From the NCBI GenBank assembly GCA_015680685.1, contig MNCI01000001.1, positions 73,911 to 137,910 on the forward strand: a DNA stretch of 64,000 bases, written 5' to 3'. A model generated the notes under the pieces. It was not told where the DNA came from. It was given only the letters and a program-made list of their open reading frames with translations, and ran no database searches. Within the stretch, counting starts at the first letter, position 1, and the number at the start of each line of letters is the position of its first letter. The DNA is from Gnetum montanum (Eukaryota; Plantae; Gnetophyta). Below are positions 11,621 through 25,249 of the stretch, in pieces. Both the position numbers and the translations under genes were made by a program.

Positions 11621-14600
11621 TGTCAAGAAATATCAATGGGACCCAACTCTTCAATATAAGGAGGTCCATATCTATGGTACGGAGAAAGATGTAGCTCTCG
11701 ATAAGGTGATTCTGCAACAAACCTTGCTAATACAAAAGTCTATTGATGAACTTAAAGAAAAGTTTAATAGGATGTCAAAATGGATATATGAAAGTGTTAC
11801 AACTCTTATTGAGATGGTCAAAAAGAGGATCATGCAAAATAAGCTAGGTGATCACAATAAATAAAGGATACAAAACCAAGAAATAGCTAGGAACACTTTT
11901 TGGAAAATGGCAAAAATGGCTAAAGAAAGTAATGATATAGACTCAACCATAGATGAAGATAATGGATGTGACATCTACATATATGACCATTTGAAGGGCT
12001 ATTGCCCAGTCTTGTTGCATCTACAGGAGTATTGGATAGGTGTCTTAAATCTAAAGTTTGTGAAAAAGTAGATGCCTAGGAGATTTCCTCTCGCACAAGG
12101 TAATTTTAGATAGTCCCACAATCGATCATACCATCCTAGGGAAACTTATTACTAATCTCAACACGGTCATCAATTGTAGTGGAAAAAACCATAGCTGTGG
12201 GGGAGGCCACCACCAAATCAGCCCTATCCACCGAAACTGCATGGATATTATGTTCAACATCCTATTTCTCCAACTAGTTCTACATCCTCAACTTCAAATC
12301 ATCACTACCACTCTTTCAAGTACCATCAACCCATGACATCCCCTAAAGGATCACCACATCAGACCTCTTAGCATCCATCCTACCCTCAATATTCTCATAT
12401 TCCAGCTCATCACATGCCATCACCAATGACACAAGAAGGTTTCACACCACAATATCAACAAACAAATGCCACTTGTGCTACAAATGTGCATAGACATGCT
12501 AACACCAGTGGGTCTCAACTGCAATGTAGAAAACGTACCTTTTGGAGAAAAGGTTGTAAGCTGAAGCAAAAGTCTTGTGGATCTACCACATCATCCAAAC
12601 TAGCATAATGCTAGTCTAGTCCAATGCCTCCCTTTTCACCACCACCATCCTCTAATCATACACAAGGATGATTTTCCATTATTACTCCAATCCCAAATCC
12701 AAGTTATGAATCTAATAGTGTGGGGAGACAAATAAATCCATGCATACCATATCATGATCAAGGATGCAATTATCGACCAGACATCCATAACATTAACACA
12801 CCTCATACCCTAACCCACCATACATTTAACAATCAAGTGTGTGACCAACGATTTTTCTACCTAGCCACTGCATCACCAACAGAAACCTAGTGGCTAGGGC
12901 ATGAACAATTACCAATGTTTCATACATCCATGGATCCTATTTATTCACTTAGTAATACTTGTCATAGCCAAATGTTTAGTCATGGGGGTCACCCCCCATT
13001 CTAATCTTTAGGATTCTTAAGTGCTTTTCATGTTTTTGTCTTACAATTTTTTTTGTCATTTTCCTATTTCTTGATCCAATATTTCCTATTTTTCCTAGTT
13101 GTTATTTTCATTTTCTTTGTTGTGTAATCTTACTTGAGGTGAGGTTTTCTCTATGTTGTCAAGTCATAAGGGACTGATTATTCTACATTGAGACCATGAC
13201 ATCCATCCACACATTCCATTAATAAGAGGTTCTTGCTCTAGTCATAATGAAATCGTTTTTCACCATGAGACTAAAAATATCTTCATAATCATTGTGTATG
13301 GGTAGAAGAGTGCAAAAATAAGGTAGAATGTAAGAGGTATGACATCAAGGGAATTTGTGGATTCTCTTTGACCACTTCTGTATGTTCTATTATGTTGCTA
13401 AGGTTGTAACCATATCCTTGTAGATCTAACAAAAAATGGGAGTAAGAGTAATCTAAAAGGACACTAAATAAAATTCTATAGGTCACACTAGAAAAACATG
13501 TACCCATGCCTAAAGGTTGGTGGCTTCTCAGAATCATAAAAAAAAACATGTGCCATAATAAAGCTCCTCGCTTGGACAAAATGCCAAGTGATGTTACTCC
13601 TTGCAACTATGATAGTCTTATGGTTGTCCGCTAACGTGATGAAATGATGCGATGTCATTGCATTGTGGTGTGGACTTGGTTTGAATCTTGGAAAGAAGGA
13701 CTCATGATTATTTAACCATTAATAACACACAAGGTTTCATTTTTCCCATGGTAAGATACCTCATGCCCCAATTTTTGCAATCCTTTGTACAATCCATCTC
13801 ATCTCATTGTCTAGGTGATCATAACTTGTGATTTTATGTTACATGGAGTTATTATCTCAAATTAGTGGTTTTAACATGTGTGTTTTGTTTCACAGGTATG
13901 CATTGCATTCAAGCCCTTTAGTGCCTATAAACATTTTTAGGTGTGGTTACACAAGGGCATTAATGGCTGACACCTACTTTGGGGAGGACACAATTGTGTA
14001 AATTTTGTGACTTGTTTAACATAACCACATTATTCTTCACCTTCCAAGTGCATAATTGTTTAATTTTGTCATTTCCCTTCTTATGTAACTTGATTTTTCC
14101 ACCACCTTGATTTCAATGCCCTTTTTCTTGCTTCTTCTAAAGCTTTTCACATCAATGACTCCACCTTCAACCACTTCCTATGCCTTCATCCAATTTATTA
14201 CTTACCCAAAATAATGGACCTACCATCAAACTTGTCAACTAATCCCAGTGCTCTATTTTTCATACTTACTTGCCCAACTTATTATAGATTCATGGATCCT
14301 AATATCAACTATCTGATATTGGGTTAGATGCGAAGTTGGATACCTGATATTAAATTGCACAAAACCTATATATATGACCTCCATGGTGCCCAAACTTCAT
14401 TGTCATCATTTGTTGCTAGGGGAGTTGTTCAAATTCTCTCTCATGACTTAGAGCTTTGCGCAACCACTTTCCACTTGTGATATTTGGCTCTCTAGTTCTC
14501 TAATTTTTCTGTCATTTGGACCTATCTTGACCCAGAGTGTTCAAGTTAGTCATTGGAAGGTATTATAAGGGTAAGAGTGTTAAAAAATTTAGGCATTACC

Positions 14601-14869
14601 ATGAATAATCAATCTTATTAATGTTAGAAATCTTAATTTTTCCACCCAAGGGACCAGAACCATCATAACAAGCCACACATAAGAAAAAAGAAATCAATTG
14701 TGTAAGGTCGTATGAGGAGATAAACACTTTTTGGGGATTTTTTTGGAAACATTTTCTAACTTTGCAGTCATATGAACTAAGAACTTAATGAACTAAGTTA
14801 ATGAATAAGGTGTAAATTGATTAATGATAAAGAATACAACCTTAGTAATACTTGAGGTTTTCTTGATTA

Positions 14870-17360
14870 TAGATGGTCCCGAAAAGAGGTGCATAGGGAG
14901 AACCTTCATAGAGAGCACCTAAACATGCACGAGGTGATAGGGGATAGTAGGGTGAGCTTGCAGAACATGAAGAGCAAAAAGACTAATCTTTTAGCATCCA
15001 TCAAGAGGCCCTACTACTAGACAGTCAGTCCAAGGAGACGCCACAGAATCACCAGCTCATGTGTAGGTACAAAATCTCACGTTTTTCCCTTGATTACCTT
15101 GTGGCCATTCAAGAAAATTCCATGTTGACATTGGTCATCATGGAAATGAATTTTAGCCCATTTATAAATATTTCTCTAGAAGCAGTTTGAATACAACTTT
15201 AGGCATCATCCTTGTGGCCCATTCTTTTAGATAATGGTGAATGGTACCTTGGCAAGACTCACCAAGTTTGGCATAGCAAAGAAAAAGGCACCACTATAAA
15301 CATCTATGGAGTTAATGTCTCTTTCTCAATCAAGGAAATTGCAGTAGATCTTAATTTGCCAAATGAAGGGGCTAAGGTAGTCCATCTATCCACTAGATCT
15401 AACCTTGACACCTGAAAACTGTGGCTAAAATGAGCATATGGCAAAGAAGATAAAACATATAATGAATTAACTCTAGAGAAGAGGACATATTTCAAGATCA
15501 GTGCATACCATCTATTTTTCACCAAAGGTATCAATTGAATCTCAACATATGCAGCTAGGGGAAGTGCTATCTTAATGGTTAAATATGTGGCCAATCTTCT
15601 CCAATTCTACTTTACTAAAATTCAAAGGTGGTTCAAGGAGAAAAAGGTAGGGAAGCCAATACTCCCATTCCCTTGCCTAATCAGGAGGCTATGCAAGCAT
15701 GTTAGAATCATAGGGTACACAAATGATGTCTCCAGAAAGGCTCAAAATGCTTCCTTCATAGAGTTGCTCAAACCTGCCACACCAAGGAAAGATCTTGGTG
15801 AAGAGAAAGAACGGGAGAAGGAAGTAGAGCCTAAAGAACAAGTACAATGTGAGCCTAAACAACACTTGAAAACACAAGATCTACCATTGCCACCACAAGA
15901 TTACAAACCTTCAATGAGCCACTTGTAGAAAATAACTGAATCTATCAGTTAGGGAAGTAGAGATGAATCTAATCTTTTCAAAGTAATTAATGATGTCGTA
16001 CATCCCACCAGTTCAACCAATCCAACATGGGATGAGATATCATTACAATTAGGAGAAGGAACATGTTCATTTTGTTGTGCTAACTAGCTAGAATAATATA
16101 GGATGAAGTTGTTGCCCAAGTTGATTGAGGAGAACAAAGCTATAGAGCTAGAGAAGATAAAGGTGGTATGGAATGCCTTAGCTATTGATGCACAATCCTA
16201 CACATATAAAAAGGCATTAGCATCCACACAAGAGGAAAATAAGTAGCTCACCACTGAGAATTAAAGGTTGACCATAGTTGAAAAGCAAAAGAATATTCTA
16301 GAAGAAAGTATCCACCAGTTGAGAGAACAATTGGTGAGGATCAACTAGGACATCAATATATTGACCAGAGAAAACAAAACCCTATCAATGGAGGAGGTTT
16401 GTGCTATTCAACAAAAATTAGCAATAGAAATTAGCATGTCGCAGAATGAGGCCAAGAACCATGAAAAATTGAAGGAACACTTTCATGACTAGGTAGGCAT
16501 GTATAAGAAAATAAATGAAAAGAGATCTAGATGTCTAAAGCCCACATTAGATCCTTGTCAACACAAAATCCTAAGTGGTAGCCAATTTTGGATAGCTATG
16601 CCTTAGTCCACCAGGAAGAAGTAAAGAATAAAGACCTACAGATCAAAGATTTGAAAGAATACATGGCGTTGGCTAACCTTAGACATGCCAAACTTTCCAT
16701 GTTAATAGTAGGTTGACCTTGGAATGAGCTAGAGAAGTAGGTAGCATCCACCTATGAATTATATGAAAAAGAGTTTGCAGATCAAAAAGATGCTTTGCAT
16801 AAGCTACATGTGGCAAACTCAGAATTGGAGGTGATCAAAGCTCACTACCATAGATAGAGGAATTTTTCCTTAGACCTAGCTAGGAGTTTTGATAGATTAT
16901 CACAAATTGAGAGAAAAAGCTAAGGCCTTTGANCTCCACCTATGAATTATATGAAAAAGAGTTTGCAGATCAAAAAGATGCTTTGCAGAAGCTACATGTG
17001 GCAAACTCAGAATTGGAGGTGATCAAAGCTCACTACCATAGATAGAGGAATTTTTCCTTAGACCTAGCTAGGAGTTTTGATAGATTATCACAAATTGAGA
17101 GAAAAAGCTAAGGCCTTTGAGGAATAATGATGATAGTTTGTAGCCTAGTATGTGAAGGACAATCAAATGTTTCCATAGCTACTATGTCCTTGGGACATAT
17201 CGATGCTAGCACACATTAATTTAGCAGCCTAAATGGTACACGAACCATGGATAGAATAAGAAAATTTGCAAGCATTTCTTGATAGCTATAAATTTCATAA
17301 GCCTGGTGACAAAGGGAAGCAACCAATGGAAGAGTCAATGCCTCTAGGCATCATATGAGC
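14870..17360 (+). pseudogene. Athila env-like additional ORF relic with coiled-coil C-terminus
   Basis: Fragments IYGVNVSFSIKEIAVDLNLPNEG and KPILPFPCLIRRLCKH (LPFP.LI..LC signature), then E/K/Q-rich sequence ending just before the PPT. Confidence 0.7.
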
Positions 17361-17546
17361 TTCCTAGTTTTTATCTTATAATATTGTGTCTCATTTTTGT
17401 ACTACACCACTGCAGCATGTAAGAGTTAATTGTTTTGTTTATTATTTAAGTTGGTCAATAATTCCATACCTTTCCAAAATTTTGTATAAAAATTGTTCCT
17501 CATTTTGTTTAACTCAAGGGTAAGTTTTCATTTAGTCAAGGGGGTA

Positions 17547-18431
17547 TGATGAGTCATGAATCTATTGACCCCGATATCAAATATCTGATATTGGAGCCAT
17601 AATATTGGATCTTAGGAAGTGATTTCAGATATTTGATATTGTCTCGTCCTGGCTAGCCTATAAATATAGCACCTGGGTGCATGGTTTGAACAAAAATAGA
17701 TAGAATAAATAGTTTTAGTTTTAGTTTTTAGTTAGTTTCTTTGTAGATTATTTTTTAGTCCTCTTATTTTCCCTAGTGCATGCCTACAGTGTGATGTTTG
17801 TAATCGTATGACACCTTGGTTCAACTGTGACAGACTTGGACACGTTACATGATAGGAAATAAAGATCAAGATTGCTCCCATCATTGTAGCATCCACTTAT
17901 ATTATTGTTGCTTTTAATTGTTAATTATTTATTGTTTCCTTTAGTTAACATTTCCATTTATTTATATTTACTATTTCGATCATGAAGCAGAATGCATATG
18001 CCTTACTCATGAGTGCTTAAGTGTAAGTACTTGGTAATCTAGCAGCGTATCATTTGGCACACCCAGTGACATATTCTTGGAAATCCTAGAAGTAGTCTCA
18101 TGAAGTCCAAGGCATTTACGGACAATTAAGAGTGGATACTCATTGCATGTAGGGTAGTTTAGATTCTACTCTCCATTGTTCAGTAGCTTAATTAATTTAT
18201 CTCTTTTTCATCATTAGGAGTAGCATAAAATTAGACAACATCATATTCCTCACTTTGGACTAAACCATACATGACAAAGCTACCACTAGTCTAAGTGGGA
18301 AGACAACAAAATACAATTAGAGTATAACGATCTAGATACCACAACTAGTCCCATCCATAGAATTCGACCAGATCATGGATAAACACTTATGATCTGTATC
18401 TTTGAGCATAGCTGTACCTCGTCACTCATCA
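17547..18431 (+). repeat. 3' LTR (Athila-like)
   Basis: TGATGAG...CTCATCA termini, preceded by the PPT. Confidence 0.92.
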
Positions 18432-18436
18432 GTTAT

Positions 18437-21400
18437 CTTAATTTGAATTAAATTATGTCCATCTTTTATTCTTTAGTTACCCAAGTTACGGTAGATCAAA
18501 TTCTTATTTTCATCTTATATTACACATGGATATTTACTTACCTAATTACAAAATTATACATTATATAAATAAAAAAATAAGACAAAAATAGAATAAGGAT
18601 TTAAAAAATTCATTTTTTAGAAGATCTCATAATCGTCCATATTATAGTTTTATAATAGGCTAGTCCATATTGGTATTCTTGCCATTCTAAGGTCCAAGGT
18701 GGGCATGTAGGATATTACCTTTTATTCCATAGGGTTCTTGCAAGCATGTTATATGTTACAATGTTCATACATATTGCTAGGTTTTCTTTAGATTCATTTT
18801 CACTCATAGGTATCATACATCTTGTTAGAACAAGGTTATGATTTTTTATGATGACTAAATCTTTGTAGAATAATCCTATTGCTTATTGAGTTTAGTGTGA
18901 ACATTTTCCTTTTATTGGTTTAACAATTGAGCTTTGAATTGCTTACTTTCTTGGAAAACTATCCAACATTCCTACTTGGACCTTTCTACACCTCTTAGGA
19001 TACTAACTTTAAGTGTTGAAAACTTATAATGAAAGGTTATTAACCTAAGTTTTGTTATATGGCTTATGAAGCCTAGTCTACGGAAATATACATCTAAGTG
19101 CTCAATCTTTTGGTTCAACGGTAATTAAATATGAGCTATTTATAAAGTGTTCACATGAGTATGTTCCCCTAAATTTTGAAATTTGGTAAGACCATTTAAC
19201 CTTACAATTAGGTGTAGAAAGTGAAAATTTGTTAGAAATGACTATTTATTTGCTAAAAATGGATTCCTAAATAAAAAATATGGTAGTTTAATTACTATTG
19301 AATTAAAGTAGGATTTAGCAAAATTAGATATAAATGTTTTTCTCAAACTCAATTTCCTACATCCAAACTAACTACACTAGTGTATCCAAAATGTCAAAAA
19401 ATATTAAAAATACTATTTTTCTATTTCAAATGAATGTCCTATGCTAAGGTTATTGGAGGAGGGATTGTTATGGTATATTCTTAAAACCTAGAAATTTTAA
19501 TAATAAATATCAACAATGCATCAACAATAATGATACACTTTTTCGTAACCAAAAAAACTAAACATAATGTGCATTAAATCATAGGTTCAAAACATCAATA
19601 ATATGATTGAGAGAGAAAGGAAAGGTTTAATTATTTTGAGGGTGCAAATACTAGTTTTTACCCTTACAACTAATCTTAGAAAAATCTTCCCTTTGGGATA
19701 GGAAAATAATTAAGCCTTGCCATTTGTCAAAAAAGTCCTTTTGGATTTTTACTTTTAAAAATAGGCTTCCTAAAAATGAAAATAATCCAAAAAGTAGTTT
19801 GAATGACAAATTATAAAAAAGCATAAATCTTCTAGAAGAAATTAAAAAAATAGCACAAAAAGCATTCTTTCATGCACATAAGAAAGAAAATAAAGAATTA
19901 ATATTTATAGGATACTTCCTTTTCTTACTATGAACTTGAAATAAAAATTTCATATTAAGATTCAAGTTTATCTTAAAATTGAGGCTTTTTATTGAAGAAT
20001 GTTTCTTGTAAATCACATCACATTTGTACTTCCAAATGCAAAAAAGAACATGATGCCTAAGCATATTCTAAAAAATTATCAAAAATACCATTACTTATTA
20101 TTCCTACATAAATGACATGAATAGAAGAATTTTGGAATCTTTGAAATTAAAAAACTAAAAAAATACCATTATCAAGCTTGTTGAGAAAAAGAATAATAAA
20201 TAAAAACATGTTTAATAGAGTCTTCATAAAGGAAAAATGGATAAACTAGATTATCAAAATTAAGAAGTTGTAACTGACAACTAATAGGAAGGCCTTTATA
20301 TAATAAATACTAAGTAAAAGATTACACCTTTAGCTAAATCCCAAGTCTCCATAAGTTCTTAAAACTTTTTTTCTAATCATTCTTAATATATTGAGTGTTC
20401 CATCTATGATTGAGAATTTCAAAAAGGATCTTTCTTTGTATTAAATCACTAATAACCTTTTTCAATAAAAAAAATTACCATTTTAACATCATCAAGCCAA
20501 ACATAATAATCTCGAAAACAAAATAACAATTAAGAAGAAGATCCTAAGAAAATTGCTAAACATCTATCATGAGGAGTTTGAAAAGAGGCTTTAGATATTT
20601 GATTTAGATTAAATTTATCTTTGACCTTTTCCCATTCTAATTGTATAGGATGGGTTATATTAGAGAAAACTTTGTAATATGAAAAATTCCTTTATGATGA
20701 AATTTAATCCTTTTTAGATTAGAATCATAAGTAGCTAATGTGATAGTATTTCCATAAAAATGTACCTACTAGATAGACATATATTCAGTAGAATCCCATG
20801 AATGTTGTAAGGGGTTTTATTATAAATAAGAACTAATCTATTGCCAAGCTATTCAAATGTAGAGAAGAAAAAATTTATCTACCAATCTTAATTTTGATAG
20901 AGTAATAACCCAATCCATCGAGTATTAAATCAAAATTTTGAATTTTTTGGATAACTAGATTTAATTCAGTGTCTAATAAGAAATTTACAAATTTTATTAC
21001 TTTAACTCTTAAAATTCATTTAGTAGTAAGAAATAAATCTTGATGTAAGTTGAAGGAAAGCCAAATCACAATTTTTTTTTATCAAGAGTATAAAATTTCC
21101 AATTAACTCAAGAAAAATAATGAAGAGCTTTATTGTTTTTCTAAACTAGAAATTAATCCATACAAGAATTTTTTTTTTAAAAGTATAAATAGTTAACATG
21201 CCATCCTCTCTCATAAGAGAGCAAGAATAAGTGAGAGTCATAGATATAAAAAAATTTAAAGCCTCTTTATCAATACATTGTGAAGTAAACATATCTGAAT
21301 GATGATAAAAAAAAAGCATTTAAAATATTCATAGAGGTGGAGATAATATTATCACTAATAGGAATTTCATTAATTTAATAACTCAATTTAGGGCCTTTTC

Positions 21401-21550
21401 AAAACTTAAAGAATACCTTTAAAGCACTATCCCCTGTTTTCAACTAAGATAACTGACACTTAATTTAATCACCTTGAGCCTTTTGGTATTCAATAATTTT
21501 TTAATACTATTAAAGACTCATGAATTGCTAATAAACATTTTTATCATGAG
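18437..21550 (-). pseudogene. L1-clade LINE ORF2 reverse transcriptase relic
   Basis: Minus-strand motifs in LINE order: *LKTGDS (WLKEGD, ~21440), LEYA..IMFF (FADD, ~20060), FLGSLF (YLGLPL, ~19770), KWQG...LSQR (W....LS..GR, ~19700). Confidence 0.75.
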
Positions 21551-22647
21551 GAGTATGAGATAAATATTCTTTAAGATGATGATTTTTTTATAACACACCA
21601 TTTTTTAGTACCTTAAGTTAGTGATTAGCTTCTATGATGATGGATATTATATATATATATATATATTGTATATTATGAATTCTTCTATATGAGTATTGTA
21701 TTTATAAATGCTAGTTTGGTATTTATGATATTTATGTATTTTTGTTTTATGCAATGATCTAGTTGAATGAGTTGGTAGGTACCATGGGTATTAGCAAAGA
21801 CTTAGGACTACTTTAACCAATATAAGTATCTATCAAGCATTGATTTATATTAAGCTTGGTTATACTTGACAAGGTGTAACAAGATCTTATGTGTGGTTTC
21901 TATTTAATTATTGGGTTGACATCTATCTTTTGGATTTGTGAGTATTTTATATTTCATTTTTAGCTTTTATTTCATATTTATTAACTTGTTATGGTATAGT
22001 AGATGTTTTTATTACATGCCATATATAAGTTAGAGGTTTTATATTCATTAGTAAGTTTTATAACATTTATGGTTAGAGTATATTTTATATTTAGTACTTT
22101 GTAAGATTTCAAGGTTATATGATTTATATTCTATGATTTTGTGGATAGTCATTATTATTTAATTTATTATTATTGTTAAGAAATGACATTTTTCTTAGAT
22201 ATTTCTTATTATAAGTATTTTAATAAAGTGCTATAGTATTATTAATTTTTGTGTAATTTTTTGGTTATTTAGTTATGTGGTAGGTTAGGTGTTTTGTTTA
22301 TTATGTTGTGCCACATGTAGTAGTTTAGTAAGTTATATTTTTTTTATTTTATTACTAGTATCTTATTTAGATGAGTTAACTTTAGTAAGTTTTATTCACT
22401 ATTTATGTTATGTATTTTATACATTACATGGTTATTCTTATAACATTGGTTAGTGAGTTAGCAAAAAGAGTTAGTATTAGAATTTCCTTGTAGCATAAGT
22501 CAAAGTTACCTTTTCTTATTTTTTTAAGGAGGATAGTTTTAGATTTTTTTATCATTCAAGTTTAATGTTATGTGTATGAGAGAGAGTTTATGTTTATGCT
22601 TGCTAGATTTTTGAGAGTTGTCCTGATTAGGATTAGAAAAACATTGG

Positions 22648-22675
22648 TTAGGGTTAGGGTTAGGGTTAGGATTAG
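22648..22675 (+). repeat. Short (TTAGGG)n tract
   Basis: TTAGGGTTAGGGTTAGGGTTAGGATTAG, just downstream of a TATATATA run when read on the minus strand. Confidence 0.85.
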
Positions 22676-22859
22676 CACATTTGAAGGGAACATAATCTTA
22701 TATATATCCTAGCCTAAGCCTAGACGAGCACCCATCTATTTATAGGATTTGGATGTAGAGACTTTGTTTATGAATCAAGATGTTGTTGTATAATTGTCTG
22801 CATGATTTGTGTATGCATGTTGTAGCTTAGTTTGTGATGAAGACCTATTCTTAATAACC

Positions 22860-24793
22860 TAATTTGAGGCAAAATCAATAAAATTACCATAATTGAAAAT
22901 AAGAAAATAAACACAATCTTTATTCTTTCTTAAAATATCATATTACAAATGCTAGAAGTAAAGATTCCAAGGATAGATAATACTCAAGATCCTCTCACAA
23001 TCATACTTATTTCACATAAGATGTAAAAAAAAAATGACTCTCTCATTCTCTTTAGAAAATAGCAAATGGCTTATAAAAAATAATGTTCAAGAAGTGCTCA
23101 ACTATCCTCTTTCAAGATAATTTCTACCTCTCTTTCTAGAGGCACTTTAGGAGCTTCTCTTCACCTCATATTTGAAAGGCATCTTCTCTAATCTCCATCC
23201 TCAAGATTATGTCTTGATGTATTTTTATAAGTTTTCAAGTGATATTTAATATTTTATCCATATTATAATTCAATTTTGAATTCATTGAAATCTATAAAAG
23301 ATGTCTTTGAAGAGCAGAGGACATCTTTCCTGAATGTAAAGATGTTTAGGGTAGATGTCTTTTGGATGTAGAATATATCTTTCTCAAAGATGACATTGAT
23401 ACAAAATACATCTCAGAGTAGGAGTAAATGTCTATTACCCAAATAAGACATCTTATCTACTAGAGTAGATGTCTATTGTGCTAGGGTCAAAAATAAAGAT
23501 TCTTATTTTGAGGTTTGGAACACTTGAACATCTTAAAAGATGTTTCCAATGAATCCAAGATCCCTTGAACTCATCAAAATAGGCTTGAAACTCATCCAAA
23601 CATGCTAAAAATCAAGGAAAAGATACAACTAATTAGAGAGATGATACATTAGTATATGATGTCTACATTGAGGATTGAGAACTTAGAAGGTTCAAGGTAG
23701 GGGATGGGGGGATGTTGGGGTAGGGTGGGGGTTGAATAAGTTCCCCAATTGAAATTCTACCTATCACATAAAAACACAAAATTTTACATGGTTTCCAATA
23801 TTGGGTACAATCAGTGCATAGCTCTAGACTTTGTTTTTTAATAAAATATGGTTTGAAGGATACCACACCCTATACAAGCTCTAAGCTCTACACCAGTGTG
23901 TTTTGTCACTACAAAACCATTGAATCATACAATGTCTAAACAAGCTTAGAATGAGATTTCAAGGATCCCACAACCTTTATAAAATTAAGCTGTACTTCAG
24001 AGTGTTTTGACACTACAAAACTACTTAACCTCACAATGTTCCAATAAGCTCAATGTGGATGCATTCTCGCAAGAAGCACATCAACCTTGTAGGGCTAAAA
24101 GAAAAATAAAAAGAAAAATAAATAAGAAAAGAATGTAACTAAATTTAGAAGTCCTTGTCATTGAAGCTTAATACAACATACAATCAAGTAAATGATGTTC
24201 AATGAAGAAAAAGAATACAATAGCATAGATAAGAAAATGATTGATCTTGTGTGAACAATACTTGGACAATTTTTAAGATCTTGGTATCTTCTTATAGCCT
24301 TAGAGTTTTCAAAAAATCCTAGGAATTCATGCAATAGCTACCAAATGGCTAGTGTAGAATTCTCCTTTGAGGTTGGGATGTCTACTTAAGATTGGCCTCA
24401 ATTCAGGAGAGATGTCTCAATGTAAAGTGGGACATCTTCTGTGGGATGTCTTTAGGGAGATTTCTACTCTAAGACATAAACATATACTATTTTTGGAAGA
24501 CTTCTCCTCAACTTTTGGACTCTATATTCTAAGGCTTTCTCTCATTAATTTACCTTCTTGCCAGTTCTTGGAGCATCTTCATTTGATCTGTAGTCTTCAT
24601 TTTTGTCCATGCTTGTTAAGGCTCTCATCTTGGCTCATGTAGTCTTCACTTTATCATCTCATTGTAGATCTTGTTTCCTTGAATTCTTAGATCTCATGTG
24701 ATGTTCTTGTTCATGTCCTGCAAACACATTATCCACAAAAAACATTCCATGTTCTCCATTTTCGTTAAGGTTTTGACATACCAAAAGGTCAAA
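22860..24793 (-). repeat. Sirevirus/copia-like LTR (boundaries approximate)
   Basis: Follows the PPT AAAAAGGAGGAGAT (24795-24808, minus). Contains clusters of AGATGTCT/AGACATCT (decayed AGACGTCT) and a TATA-like site at ~23225. Confidence 0.55.
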
Positions 24794-25249
24794 AATCTCC
24801 TCCTTTTTGGCATTGACCAAAACTTAAGAACATGATTTAGTAGATACTAAAATCGATTGAGATAAAATGATGAAAGATTGTAAAATTACATCCTTAATAC
24901 AATACAAAACTCATTAGTCATTTAGACACTTGTGAATTTTTGAATGAGAACATTTATGACCAAGAACTTAGAAACAAGAGCATTAGTACCATCATAATGT
25001 CAAAACTTGAAATTTAGAAAGATAAGCATTAGTAGAGATGTTTTATTATTCATAAAATTTAGTTTTGAATATTCACCTAGTATTGATGATCTTCTTGTTC
25101 TTTGGTTTGTCTACTAAGAATCATGTATTATTCTTGTTATTCCATCTATTATTCCATTCTTTAATTTTTAGGGATTTTATCATACTTAATTATTTATTAA
25201 TTAGGGTTGAAAAGGAAACATTATATTTTTCTTGGCTTCTTATGTATAG

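Larger units (their letters stand above)
9542..18431 (+). mobile_element. Complete non-autonomous Athila-like Ty3/gypsy element (8.9 kb)
   Basis: LTRs 9542-10412 and 17547-18431 (T(G)ATGAG...CTCATCA). Degenerate tRNA-Asp PBS after 10412, PPT AAGGGGG before 17547, and a 4/5-matching TSD (ATTAT 9537-9541, GTTAT 18432-18436). Confidence 0.92.

Noticed and set aside
13400-13640. Possible integrase remnant in the Athila-like copies (also 52600-52900)
   Set aside because: Only faint resemblance (TLNKIL, LEGLWSL), too weak to call without a profile search.
16747-17120. Near-perfect 186 bp tandem duplication (16747-16932 and 16935-17120)
   Set aside because: The copies are separated by a single N and differ at about one base in otherwise old sequence, which points to an unmerged contig overlap.
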